From a virus: a stretch of DNA of 64,000 nucleotides. The stretch spans positions 3,663-67,662 of IMG/VR virus record IMGVR_UViG_3300005731_000180. The stretch is one strand, 5' to 3'. A model generated the notes under the pieces. That model saw only the letters and a program-made list of their open reading frames with translations, did no database searches and was not told the DNA's origin. Shown here piece after piece: positions 47,811 through 58,352 of this stretch (positions within the stretch are counted from its first letter, which is position 1; the number at the start of each line of letters is the position of its first letter). A program made the position numbers and the translations under genes.

Positions 47811-48306
47811 TCTTTATCTGCTCTCTAAGAGCTAAGTATTCTTCCATCTTTTCAGGTCGTCCTGCCTCTTTTTCAGCTAAGGCTTCTAGAAGTAAGCTAT
47901 CAATCTTAGCGTACTCTGATTTACGATTATCCAACCAAGCTGTAGCATTTAACTCATCTAATAATGACTGGTAAGATGTTTCTAACGCAACCATCATCGA
48001 CTCAGCTTCTACTTTATCCGCTTTAAGTACTTGTTGATTGAAGTAAGCCAGTGGGTTTGAAATATTGGAAGCTCCTGCTAGTAGTCCTTTATCTTCCATT
48101 GCATCGAAGCGAGCTTTAAGATCATCAATTCTAGCCACTTCCGCTAGTCTAGCTTCTTCGGCTTCAGTCAGTTCTTGTTTGTAGATTACTAGTTCAGCTT
48201 CTAACTGCTCGACTGTTGCTTCCTCATCCTCTGCTAATTCTAATCTAGAACGAAGGATAAGTACGCAATCTTCAATTGTTAGGTCTTGTATTTCTTGTAA
48301 CGTCAT
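47791..48306 (-). CDS. putative tail fibre chaperone
   Basis: Directly after fibre gene; W...R..EY...Y...R..IK..NPKP end. Confidence 0.55.
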   Translation of the reverse strand: MTLQEIQDLTIEDCVLILRSRLELAEDEEATVEQLEAELVIYKQELTEAEEARLAEVARIDDLKARFDAMEDKGLLAGASNISNPLAYFNQQVLKADKVEAESMMVALETSYQSLLDELNATAWLDNRKSEYAKIDSLLLEALAEKEAGRPEKMEEYLALREQIKIDNPKP

Positions 48307-48314
48307 AAGCCCTC

Positions 48315-51300
48315 CTATGTCCTCTTAGTTATCTTTACTTGAGTATAAATTTCATCATCACCAAATGAAGTCGCTAAACCAAAACCACTTGTTGCTAATG
48401 TTGACGTACATCTATGTTGAACTTCAAATGTCTTAGGTGAAGTTAATGTTAAACTGCAAATTCCTTTAGAGCGATTAGTAACCGCTACCCCACTAATACC
48501 GTCTACGATTTCAGAAGACCCTATAGATACTACTGCTGCATCAGTTATGTTGTATAATCTAGACTTATGACCACTCACAGCATTGCCTCCATTACATGCC
48601 GCAGGAGCAGTCCACTCAATATCATATACACCAGAATCTAAAGTAAACTGATTAGATGCTAGGGAACCGAACTTAGAGAAGTCACCTTCAGATGTGTTCA
48701 AGTCTCTTGTTTGGTATGAACCTGAAGTAAATGTGCCACCTGCTGTACCAGAAGATTTAACATCCTTCAAATACCCCACTAACGGTTTAGGCACGCCGAG
48801 TAAGTCTCCTACTCCGATTTTAGATATAGTAAGTTGTGTTCTTGCATCCGTAGTATTTAATTCACTGTCAGTATGGGCTCTAATAATGTCGCCTTTATTT
48901 AATATACCTGACCATGCTACGGTACCTGAGTCTGGTGCGGCTGAGGGAAGTTCTGCGCTACATAACCTATCTATTACATTTGTTAAAGAGTCAATAGATG
49001 TTGTTAATTCTGATGAATTTAAACTTATACCGAATATATCATCGTTACCAGCAGTATTAACATCAGTATAACTAATAAAATACACTCCAGTATGGTTGAT
49101 AGTAATTTCTGTACCACTAGCTGCACTATCTGTAACAGTCATAGAACCATTAGTAGTATCTTGTGTTGAAGCTATAGAAGAAAATGATGATGCTCCGTCT
49201 ATAGCAATATTAGAGAACCTTCTAATATGAGTGTTAGTTGACCCGTGGCCATTACTAGTACCAAGTCTAACCATTGAGTTAGAAGCATTGCGAGCGTTGT
49301 ATGAAATAATATTCTCTGTATTTGTAACCCATCCATCAATAGGTACTTCTATTTTTATATTTATGTACTGATTACTTAGTAAAAACCCTGTACCGAGAGA
49401 TTTATCAAAAGCTGATCCTGTTGTCTGATAAGTTAAAAACATTTTATTAGTATCACTTCCATCATAAAAGATAATACCTTCACGATCCGTACTAGATATA
49501 GCATTTGTACCTGATGTTGTGGTACTCCATCTACCAATTGCATACCTTGAACTACCTTTCATAAGTGTTGTATCAATATTTAAACTAGAAGGTAAAGTAA
49601 TACTACAATCTGACGCTGCAACTGTACCTGCCCTAAATGCACCTTCAACTATTAAATTCTGACCTAACCTACGTTGAGTTACATCTATCTCAGTAACCGT
49701 TCCAAAACCAGAACTAAATGTGGGTGTATAATCTTCTCTATCTGTAGCATTTAAAGTATCTTTACTAATAAAAGGCGAAGAAGTACCTGTAATGTCATCT
49801 ACTAAAAGAATCTTAGTATTATTACCTGTTACAACTTGAAAACCGTACTTAATAGCAGTCACTCCGTCTGGGACATGAGCCTGTGCAGAGAATCTTTGGG
49901 CTCTACTAGAAGCTTTCAGGAATAGAGTCGCTTCTGCAATTTCCGCACTATTAGTCGCATCGTAAATTACAAAACGAATATCATCATCATCACCGTCATA
50001 CTTATAATAGAACTCGAACCCGATAGTGTTTTCTTGCTGCTTCTCTCCAACAGTAATACTTCCACCTGCAATCCAATCGTTTGTAGAAGAAGTACTCATT
50101 GTATATTTCAGTCCTTGGTCTCCGTTTATTGGAGTTACTGTATCAAGAGCAAGTGTTCCATCTAATGTTCCACCGTTATCGAAAGTAGCGTTATTACCTG
50201 ATGTGTAGTCATCAATTCCGTTGTTCTCGTGATCTTCTGTGAAGAATACGTCCAATCCTCCTCCACCTGAACCTGTACCGATAGCAGTCCAACCTGCTCC
50301 GTTATTGAAAACTGGAGTTCCAAGAGTCGTATCGTATGCGATTAAAGCTTCTGTATCAGTAAGTATGTCGAGGTTAGTTGTTGTATCTTTTGGAAGGACT
50401 ATACGAGATGTATTACTCGCAGTACCTCCGTCAATGTCTGGAGTATTAATGTCTGGAGAAGTTAGCGTCTTGTTGGTAAGAGTTTGTGTGTCAGTAGTAC
50501 CGACCACATTTCCAGCAACTCCATGAACACCAGAAGTCGGATTATCAACCTCACTTCCATGTGTCAGTCCTGATATTGTATTACTTCCTGCTGCTATAGT
50601 CTTATTAGTGAGCGTGTCAGTCGTATCTTGTCCAACTAAAGTCGTTGTCGCATCTGGAAGAGTTACTACTCTGTTAGCAGTTTGAGCTGCTGTTATAGTC
50701 GTCTTAGTCGCAGTAGTTCCACCTGCATCAAAGTCAATCTTCTTAGTCGAATCCGTTGCATCTTGTACTTCAAATGCATCATCTTGTGCGTTGATCGTGT
50801 TACTGTCTCCAATAGTTTTATTAGTCAAAGTAGTTGTACTTGAAGCTGTTACAACTGTTGAATCAACTGCTACTGTTACAGTTTGTCCTGTTACAGATGT
50901 GTCAATTCCAGTTCCACCTGATATAGTCAAAGTTTGCGAGTCTAGGTCAACTGAACCAGTACCAGAGTCTCCTACTATATCCAAGTCTTGTGCAGTAACT
51001 TGTGCATCAACATACGCTTTAATAGATTGCTGTGTAGCAAGTTTTGTATCAGAGTTAGATACCATATCATCTTCATCTAGGATAGCTGTACCTGATACTG
51101 ATGTATTGATAACAGGGCTTGTAAGCGTCTTATTAGTCAGTGTATCAGCTGTATCCTGTCCGACTAGGGTAGTATCAGCATCGGGCATTGTAACCGTTCT
51201 ATTAGCCGTTTGTGCTGCTGCTATAGTAGTTTTTCGTTGAAGCGGTTCCACCTGCATCGAAGTCGATCTTTTTAGTAGAGTCTGTAGCGTCCTGAACTTC

Positions 51301-51516
51301 AAAAGCATCGTCCTGTGCATTGATTGTGTTGCTATCTCCAATCGTCTTATTTTCCAGAGTTTGAGTTTGGTCGTTAGTTACTACTTCTCTTTCTGCCGAG
51401 TCGATATATGTTTTGATTTTGGAAGACTTATTTTTAAGTTCACCTTCTTTTGAAAGCGCATCAGTATCTGCTCTAAGGATAATCCCTTTATCTACTCTCA
51501 TTGGTTTTTTTGCCAT
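48315..51516 (-). CDS. tail fibre, split by a 1-nt frameshift at 51230-51234 (ORFs 51202..51516 and 48315..51341; 1066 aa if fused)
   Basis: TQTL.NKT repeats in both ORFs; the repeat TIGDSNTINAQDDAFEVQDATDSTKKIDFDAGGT..TKTTI.AAQTANR continues across the frame switch. Confidence 0.8.
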
Positions 51517-51528
51517 GATTATCTCCTA

Positions 51529-52008
51529 TTAATTTATAATTGCTTTAGCTCTAAATACAGCAGTAATTGTATCTGTATTCGTCTTGTCTTCAGAAACGTA
51601 TGTCACCTGTCCTGTACTGTCGATATCTAGAACAACACCAGGCTCTCCGCCACTACCTTCTACGCTAGTAATCGAGATAACGAAATCCGACCCGTCGTAA
51701 TTTCCAAATAACTGTCCTGACTCCGTTTGGTCTGGTGTAGCATCTGTAAAGCTTCTTGTAATGGTATATTCAGCAAATATATACTTAACTTCTGCCGTAT
51801 CAAAACTGAATCCTGTTACGTTTCCTGTTGTGTTATTTGCCAAGATTGCTGTAGTTTGTGTGATATCTTGTGGCCCTTGTACAGAACCTAGTGCATCCTC
51901 TACTGCTTTGTAGAACTCTACAAGGGATTCTCCCCAAGCTGTTGACTCAGAGTCTCCTGAATCTGGCATAGTGATGATTTTGTTACCGATTTGGATATCG
52001 AATGACAT
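51529..52008 (-). CDS. virion structural protein
   Basis: Likely start MSFDIQIG at 52008, after a late motif. Confidence 0.6.
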   Translation of the reverse strand: MSFDIQIGNKIITMPDSGDSESTAWGESLVEFYKAVEDALGSVQGPQDITQTTAILANNTTGNVTGFSFDTAEVKYIFAEYTITRSFTDATPDQTESGQLFGNYDGSDFVISITSVEGSGGEPGVVLDIDSTGQVTYVSEDKTNTDTITAVFRAKAIIN

Positions 52009-52045
52009 AGGCGGAATTCCTTTGTTTGTTGTGTATATACAGTTA

Positions 52046-52066
52046 TAGTTGTTAAAGTGGTGTAAG
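52046..52066 (-). promoter_or_regulatory. candidate late promoter
   Basis: + strand TAGTTGTTAA-N7-TAAG. Confidence 0.7.
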
Positions 52067-52098
52067 TAATTGGAATTATGGAAAGTGGGAAAGTACAC

Positions 52099-52127
52099 TT
52101 GATAAAAGTAAAAAACAGTGTTAAAAT
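52099..52127 (+). promoter_or_regulatory. sigma70-type promoter of GIY-YIG gene
   Basis: TTGATA-N17-TAAAAT with extended -10 TG. Confidence 0.65.
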
Positions 52128-52145
52128 GTCAATAAGGAGCTATTA

Positions 52146-53006
52146 ATGTATTATATCTATAAAATAACTAGTCCAAGTGGTAAAAATTACATAGGAATTA
52201 CTAAAAATCTAACAAGAAGAAAACGTGAACATACTATCAATGCCAATAAAAACACTGATAGACTCAACAGAAGGAAAATAGTAAAGGCTTATAAAAAGTA
52301 TGGTGCTGATGATATGTCTTTTGAGCATATATTTTGTGCTTTTAATCAGGAATGTGCTAAAGAAATCGAAATTGAACTCATAAAATATTATAACTGTTTT
52401 AATAAAGGGTATAATATGACAGAAGGTGGAGACAGTACTACAATCACTAGACAGTTTACTGAAAAAGAAGTAGACGAAATAAGAGACCTTCTTGAATTTT
52501 CTAACATGTCTCAGAATATGATAGCAAAACAATATAATACGACTAGAACTAGAATACATGCTATAAAATATAATAAAGAATATTGTGACCTAGGTAAAGC
52601 TAGAGTTATAAATCGACCTGTAAATACGCAAGTTAGAGGAAATAAAGTATCATTATCTAAACTGGACGATGATAAAGTAAGAGATATCTTAGTTAGGTAT
52701 GAACAAAAGCGTGAAAGAGTAAAGGATATTTGTAATTTATTCGGAATAACAAGACAAACACTATATTCTATTGTATTAAATAAAACTTGGAAACATGTAA
52801 AACGTGAATTTAAGATAACAAGAAGACATAGAGGTAATAGTAAATTTACAGAGAAACAGGTTAGAAAACTTTGGAAAATGAAAAAACTAGGATATAGTAT
52901 AAGAGAGATTGCCGATCACTATAATTTAAATTATACAACCCTTCATTCTATATTTAACGGTAAAAACTGGAAAGACTTGTATGAAGAGTATAACGAAAGT
53001 GAATAA
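52146..53006 (+). mobile_element. free-standing GIY-YIG homing endonuclease with three HTH repeats
   Basis: YYIYKIT...GKNYIGIT...R..EH, E...I, GYNMTEGG; antisense to late arm; AT-rich. Confidence 0.85.
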
Positions 53007-53033
53007 AAAAAGGAGAGGCATTAACCTCTCCTT
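53005..53033 (-). terminator. intrinsic terminator after major capsid gene
   Basis: AAGGAGAGG-6nt-CCTCTCCTT stem; A-run on + gives a U-tail on the - strand. Confidence 0.8.
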
Positions 53034-53054
53034 AGTATAACTATGTAGTAAGTC

Positions 53055-54296
53055 TTATGACTCAATGAAATTTAGAAGTGCAGTTCTTCCTGGCTTAGCA
53101 GTGAATAGAGCGATATCAGCGTAAGCTCTGAACTCGTATCCTGCTGTCTTCTCAAGAAGTCTTACCATCTTGTCATCAAGACCTGGTTGGTTGAAAGTAA
53201 CGTCTGATGAACCAATCTTTAGGAAGTCACCTGGTACCATCATGTATGCATAACCTTCTTTACAGAATATTGTAGATACAATCTTGATCTTACCATTTGG
53301 CCCAAAGAATGTGATGTTCTCAGTACCTTGCTCAAGTCCAGAAGACTTGTAAGAGCTATCGAATTCTCTCTTAGCAGCTAGGTCAGAAAGTAGGTTCTTC
53401 CAAGAAAGAGGGTTACAAAGTACGCAAACTTCTTCCTTCTTAAGTCCTTTTTCCATCATTCTAGCGATACCTTCTTCAATCTTATCGAAAGATAGTACGG
53501 CCTCTCCTCCTGAGAAGTTTGTACCAACATTTACAGTGTTCCCTCTGAAAAGAGAGTACTGAGATGCGTCGATTCCGAAAAGAGTTCCAGTTGTGTTAGA
53601 ACAGATTTTGTGAAGTCCAACTGCTTCTTGGTTGTAAGCACCTTTGTGGTAAATCACGTCAGTAGCTACTGTACCAGCAGGAAGTCCGTCAACTGTTACT
53701 TGTTTAGCACTCATGTCAACAGAAGAAACATTTGTTTCACCTCTTTTAACACCTGCTGCACTTCTAATCTCAATTGGCATATTCTCAGACCCAGCCCATA
53801 GACCTGCGGCCCATTCGTGATCTTCGATTTTGATAACATTAGAAGAAACTGACTCAACAATTCCGATTCCTGATTGACCGTACATGAAGATGATTTCTAG
53901 ACGAACCATGAAAGATTCGAACATATTTTCAACAATGTACTTTGTTTCTTGTACGAAAGCTGCTTCTTTTCCTGAAGCTGCTCTAGAAGCTGCGTCTACT
54001 GAAAGAACAGAGCTAAGGTGGATTGAACTACCTTTAACTTGTGCTTCGTCGTGTGCTGCTGCTACCGCAGAGTTTAGGTCGTAAGCTGCTCCACCTGTTC
54101 CTCCGTAAGAGAAACCAAATTCGTATCCAAGAGCTACTGGTTGGTTATAAAACTTTCCACCTCTTTTGCTAGACTTGATAAACTTTACCATGTTGTAAAG
54201 CTCAACTCCAGAAGGCTTTAGGTTTTCGATTTGTTCCGCATATACGTCTTTAAAATGTCCGTTTAGCGTCGATTCTGTATTAGCTGATGCTGCCAT
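53055..54296 (-). CDS. major capsid protein
   Basis: 413 aa, downstream of scaffold, followed by a terminator; LNGHFKDVY start, T..LFGID...Y..F motif. Confidence 0.8.
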   Translation of the reverse strand: MAASANTESTLNGHFKDVYAEQIENLKPSGVELYNMVKFIKSSKRGGKFYNQPVALGYEFGFSYGGTGGAAYDLNSAVAAAHDEAQVKGSSIHLSSVLSVDAASRAASGKEAAFVQETKYIVENMFESFMVRLEIIFMYGQSGIGIVESVSSNVIKIEDHEWAAGLWAGSENMPIEIRSAAGVKRGETNVSSVDMSAKQVTVDGLPAGTVATDVIYHKGAYNQEAVGLHKICSNTTGTLFGIDASQYSLFRGNTVNVGTNFSGGEAVLSFDKIEEGIARMMEKGLKKEEVCVLCNPLSWKNLLSDLAAKREFDSSYKSSGLEQGTENITFFGPNGKIKIVSTIFCKEGYAYMMVPGDFLKIGSSDVTFNQPGLDDKMVRLLEKTAGYEFRAYADIALFTAKPGRTALLNFIES

Positions 54297-54310
54297 TTCT
54301 TATCTCCTTA

Positions 54311-54775
54311 TTATGCTTTGTAAACAACTTTAACTAAAAGTGTTGGCGACTCAGAAGCAAGGTTAAGTCCTGTTCCTGCAATATCAATTGCAACATTTCC
54401 ACCTGCTGTAAGCCAATCTGACCCTACTTTTGCTACAGTTAGAGAAGTAGCTAATGCTGTCTGCTCAGTAACTTGTACCTCAAGTACCTTTTCAAGTGCA
54501 CCTTCAGCAAGCTTTGATCCGTCAATGATGATTCCAAATTGAGAGTCACCTGTTGAGTTATCTACTGCTGTAGTGAAACTTCCTGATAAGTCTTCGATAG
54601 CATCTGCTTCTGAAACTTTACCTTCTGTTCTTAGTTTAAGAGCTGATGGAATGTCTGAAGAGTGTACCTTGTCGGCTGGTGTTGCGTTAGCCGTGATTGT
54701 ACATTCAACAATAAGCTCTCTAGTTCTGTCTAGAGCGTCAGCTACTAGATTGTCTGCTGTGTTTGCTATTGCCAT
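54311..54775 (-). CDS. capsid-associated (decoration/minor) protein
   Basis: Between scaffold and MCP; SD aggag. Confidence 0.5.
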   Translation of the reverse strand: MAIANTADNLVADALDRTRELIVECTITANATPADKVHSSDIPSALKLRTEGKVSEADAIEDLSGSFTTAVDNSTGDSQFGIIIDGSKLAEGALEKVLEVQVTEQTALATSLTVAKVGSDWLTAGGNVAIDIAGTGLNLASESPTLLVKVVYKA

Positions 54776-54965
54776 TTTTAATCTCCTGTAAAAATGATGT
54801 AGTTAATAATAAAAAATCACGGTGTCACTTTCTTTCTCTTAGTAAGGTATTCTTAAAGTCCTGTTAAGGATATTCGAGAAGCCAGCTAAAATAATCAATC
54901 GCTAACCATATAAAGAGGTTAAGCTTTTACCCTTAACCCCTTGATTTTCTCACCTAATTCAAAAG

Positions 54966-54986
54966 TAGTTGTTAAAACTTTGTAAC
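54966..54986 (-). promoter_or_regulatory. candidate late promoter for the capsid operon
   Basis: + strand TAGTTGTTAA-N7-TAAC. Confidence 0.7.
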
Positions 54987-55000
54987 TACTTGTTATTACA

Positions 55001-56119
55001 TTATGCGTTGTACTGTTCTTGTAATTTCTTGAAGAAATCTGCCGAACTTACTGATCTTTCTTTCTCTTTAGGCTGTGAAGAAGATTGCTTCGATTTAGAG
55101 CTATCTTTGTTCAGACTACTCACGTTTACTGGTGGAGTGATCTTCTTTTTCTGAGCCTCTTTCTTGGCCTTACGAGAAATGCTGTACTTTTCCAAGAAAT
55201 CTTCAGGTGCTTCTTTGATGAATGATCCAATCTCTTCAAAATATTCCTGCTCCACAAGTGGAAGAACATCTGCGATTGTTACATCTGGAAATAGTGGTTC
55301 ACCTGTAATTTCGTCTACTTGACTTTCTGCCCAATCAAGAGCGTCTGCTGCACGAGAGATGAACTTAGGATTCTTTGGAATAGTTACGTTACTCATTTTC
55401 CAAGCATTATCAATCTCTTCCTGAAGCTGTGCCATTTGTTGCTCTTGCATCCTAGCTTGCTCAATAGCAGTTTTCTCGTCTTCGATTTTCTTAAGCTTTT
55501 CACGATACTCTTCCAATTCCTTTTGGATTTTCTCTCTTTCTCTCTGTTCAGGTGTCTTCTGCTCGTCTTCGATTTTCTTCATAATGTGACCAGCAGCGAT
55601 ATCATCAACATTTACTCCAAGTTCAGCTAATGCACTAATAGGATCGTTAATTAGTTCCTCTAAAGCCTTTTGATAAGTTTGTTGAAGTTCTTTAGCCTCT
55701 TTGGCTTTCTCTGTAAATGCCATAGACTTTTGAAGTTCTCTTTTGATAGCTTCTTCATCCGAAAGGTCAATCTCTCTTTCAACAGTCTTACCATTTACTT
55801 TAAGCTCAAACTTTCGCACCATGCTTTTCAGTTCTTCAGTTGAAGCTCCTGCGGCTGCTGCTGCTTCTAGTTCATCTTGAAGTTCTTCTTCTGTTTCTGC
55901 TTCCGAATTAGCGACGTGTTCAGAGTCATCTTCTGAACCATCTTCTTCTTCTCCAGAAAGCTCTGCTTCTGCATCTTCTTCCGAACCATCTTCTGTTGAA
56001 TCTAATTCCGAGTCTGTTTCTAATTCTGCTCCTGAATCATCTGCTGAAGCTTCTGGTGCTGAACCACCTTCTCCTTCAAATTCTTCCATGAGCATGTGTT
56101 GGTACCTGTCTTTAAACAT
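55001..56119 (-). CDS. capsid scaffolding protein
   Basis: Acidic N-terminus, ELKVNGKTVE, coiled coils; start MFKDRY after SD aaggag. Confidence 0.75.
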   Translation of the reverse strand: MFKDRYQHMLMEEFEGEGGSAPEASADDSGAELETDSELDSTEDGSEEDAEAELSGEEEDGSEDDSEHVANSEAETEEELQDELEAAAAAGASTEELKSMVRKFELKVNGKTVEREIDLSDEEAIKRELQKSMAFTEKAKEAKELQQTYQKALEELINDPISALAELGVNVDDIAAGHIMKKIEDEQKTPEQREREKIQKELEEYREKLKKIEDEKTAIEQARMQEQQMAQLQEEIDNAWKMSNVTIPKNPKFISRAADALDWAESQVDEITGEPLFPDVTIADVLPLVEQEYFEEIGSFIKEAPEDFLEKYSISRKAKKEAQKKKITPPVNVSSLNKDSSKSKQSSSQPKEKERSVSSADFFKKLQEQYNA

Positions 56120-56203
56120 CTTCGTTCTCCTTTTGTCGTCTGTTACGATAGACAATAAGTGGCCAATCCATACGGGTATGACCTGAGTTATTATAAATTA
56201 CCG

Positions 56204-58291
56204 CTATCCTTGCGGTGTTAAAGGTTGTCCTGTTGCTGGATCAACTGGAGGAGTAGGCATACTTACTCCTGCTGCTGCTGCGTTTTGTACTGCTTGCGGA
56301 TTGTATCCCATCTCTGCTTGTTGTGCTACTTCTGATGCTGGTAAAGGCCCACCTGGTGCTGGAGGTGGAGGAGTAGACGGAACAGGAGGTTGTTTCGCAA
56401 GTGTTTTACTATCTAAATATTTCTGTGCTTCTGTAGCTTGTAAGTCTTTGTGTTCTTGGATGTGAGCTAGAACCCTTGTAACGAGTTCATTATCAAATCT
56501 CAAAGAAGAATCAGACAATACAGAAATGTGTTCTGCAATGTGCATATCGTGATCGTCGATAGCAATAGCAATAACGTCATCCCCTGCTACTAGTGCTTCG
56601 TTTTCTGATTTAATTAACTGCATCTTTTTAGTAGGTGCTTCTGTCATAGTTTCTAAATTCCCTGAGTTCAGTACTGAGAAGTATTGTTCAGGAGTTGTAA
56701 TAAGTCCCATCTGAATTAAGTTCTGAGCCATTTCAGAACGTCCAGCAGTTGTATTTGATAGTGGGTTTCCAACATCAACGATAACTCTCTGAACTCTATC
56801 TAAACTGTCTCTACTAAATTCACGTACTCTAGCTGCGTTAGATTTACCAACAATCTCAGCAATTCTAGGAGCTTCTGCATAGTCTTGTAAGATTTCCACA
56901 ATTGCCGAACCTACGTCTTCCATAAGCTGAACGTACTCTTGTTGGAAACCTGAAATATATTGTAAAGCTTGTGATTGGATTAGTGCAAGTGCATTACCTG
57001 AACGTAAGTTCTGCTCAGGATTACCTCTTGTTACTGCGTTAATCCCTGAAATAGTTTCCATTGCTTTTTCTACAATTCCAAGATAATTAAATGCTTCTGC
57101 TGGAGATCGTGTAAGGTTAAGTGCTTCAGGTCTTCCTCCTGTTGGCCCTTCCATTGGTGTGTAATCAATGAAATTAAGTCCACCAGCTATCTCTGAGACT
57201 TTTATATTACTTCCATCTGGTACAAGTACGTTTTGAACTCCAAAAGCTGTTAGATTCGTCAATACAGTACTGTACATCGAGTTTGCAGCTTGTTGTAGAG
57301 GCATTAAATCCCATAATGGAGTATATCCTCTAGATGTTCCAATATAGTTAGATGGTGCAATACGGAAAACAGGTAATCTTCTATATGGCATAGGCCCATC
57401 TTCTAGGAAGATTTCGTCGTTGATATAAAGTAGATATCTTCCATTTGGAGTTGATTCTGTTCTTTTGTGGAATAATTCGTAAACCGCAATATCGTCTGTT
57501 TCGTCAATTTTTGATAGTGAGATTTTTCCTCTCTTCTCAGACTTATCTCTAGTTTCCACTTCAAGAATCTTGTCCGCAAGTTCAGGATATTTTGATGCGA
57601 GGTTGTGACGGTTTACAAAAGTTCGGATTACAACCCACTCTTGGTCATCCCAACAGTCTTTACCGAAATCAAACATAACATTGAGAGGGTCTAGAGATTT
57701 GAACTCCAAATCCCCCTCATAAACAGGTATTCTTTCTAACTTGTTACCTATTTTGTCGATTAAATTACCTTCTTCGTCTTTTAGTTCGTTTCCATCATCG
57801 TCGTAAAATGGCTCAGGCTCAACAAAATCATAAGCTTTACCTTTTGTTGCGTTCCATTCTACCTTTAGGTATCCTGAAGCTAATACGATACCTTTTTCTG
57901 CTGTATCTTTTAACTTCTTCTCAACCTTCTTCTGACGCATATAGTATTCTAATAAGTCGTTTGCCAAATCCACCTGTACTTGCGACTTGTGGTCTGTGTT
58001 TACCGCTTTAGCCTGAAAAGCTGGCCTATTAGAAGTTACCATTGTAAGAATATGTCTAGCAATGTTGTGATAGTGGTTTACTGCAATATTAACTAGTTCT
58101 CCAGATTCCCCACCGTATGAGATTCCATGATCTTCTTTGTAGTAAATTCCATGGTAATAGTCCCATGAACGCTTCACTTTCTCTAAATAAGCATCACTAA
58201 CCATACCTTTGAACCATTCATTACCTTTGGCTTGTAGATATTCGATGGCTTCTTTAGCTTCATCATTGGCAAAATATACGTCATTACTCAT
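56204..58291 (-). CDS. portal protein
   Basis: 695 aa after TerL; P22-like features (LMPLQQ..N, METISGIN...RG), Pro-rich tail. Confidence 0.85.
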   Translation of the reverse strand: MSNDVYFANDEAKEAIEYLQAKGNEWFKGMVSDAYLEKVKRSWDYYHGIYYKEDHGISYGGESGELVNIAVNHYHNIARHILTMVTSNRPAFQAKAVNTDHKSQVQVDLANDLLEYYMRQKKVEKKLKDTAEKGIVLASGYLKVEWNATKGKAYDFVEPEPFYDDDGNELKDEEGNLIDKIGNKLERIPVYEGDLEFKSLDPLNVMFDFGKDCWDDQEWVVIRTFVNRHNLASKYPELADKILEVETRDKSEKRGKISLSKIDETDDIAVYELFHKRTESTPNGRYLLYINDEIFLEDGPMPYRRLPVFRIAPSNYIGTSRGYTPLWDLMPLQQAANSMYSTVLTNLTAFGVQNVLVPDGSNIKVSEIAGGLNFIDYTPMEGPTGGRPEALNLTRSPAEAFNYLGIVEKAMETISGINAVTRGNPEQNLRSGNALALIQSQALQYISGFQQEYVQLMEDVGSAIVEILQDYAEAPRIAEIVGKSNAARVREFSRDSLDRVQRVIVDVGNPLSNTTAGRSEMAQNLIQMGLITTPEQYFSVLNSGNLETMTEAPTKKMQLIKSENEALVAGDDVIAIAIDDHDMHIAEHISVLSDSSLRFDNELVTRVLAHIQEHKDLQATEAQKYLDSKTLAKQPPVPSTPPPPAPGGPLPASEVAQQAEMGYNPQAVQNAAAAGVSMPTPPVDPATGQPLTPQG

Positions 58292-58322
58292 ATCTTATTT
58301 CCTTATATTATGTGCTTAAGTA

Positions 58323-58343
58323 TAGTTGTTAATTTAGTATAAG
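58323..58343 (-). promoter_or_regulatory. candidate late promoter
   Basis: + strand TAGTTGTTAA-N7-TAAG, 32 nt upstream of portal ATG. Confidence 0.7.
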
Positions 58344-58352
58344 TTATTGAGA

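Noticed and set aside
51235-51341. Start MEIATQSMHR... of the 1008-aa ORF
   Set aside because: Out-of-frame reading of the true N-terminal fibre segment; no SD
50670-51350. Fibre repeat as a DGR template/variable repeat pair
   Set aside because: Differences are mostly synonymous and not adenine-specific; no RT present
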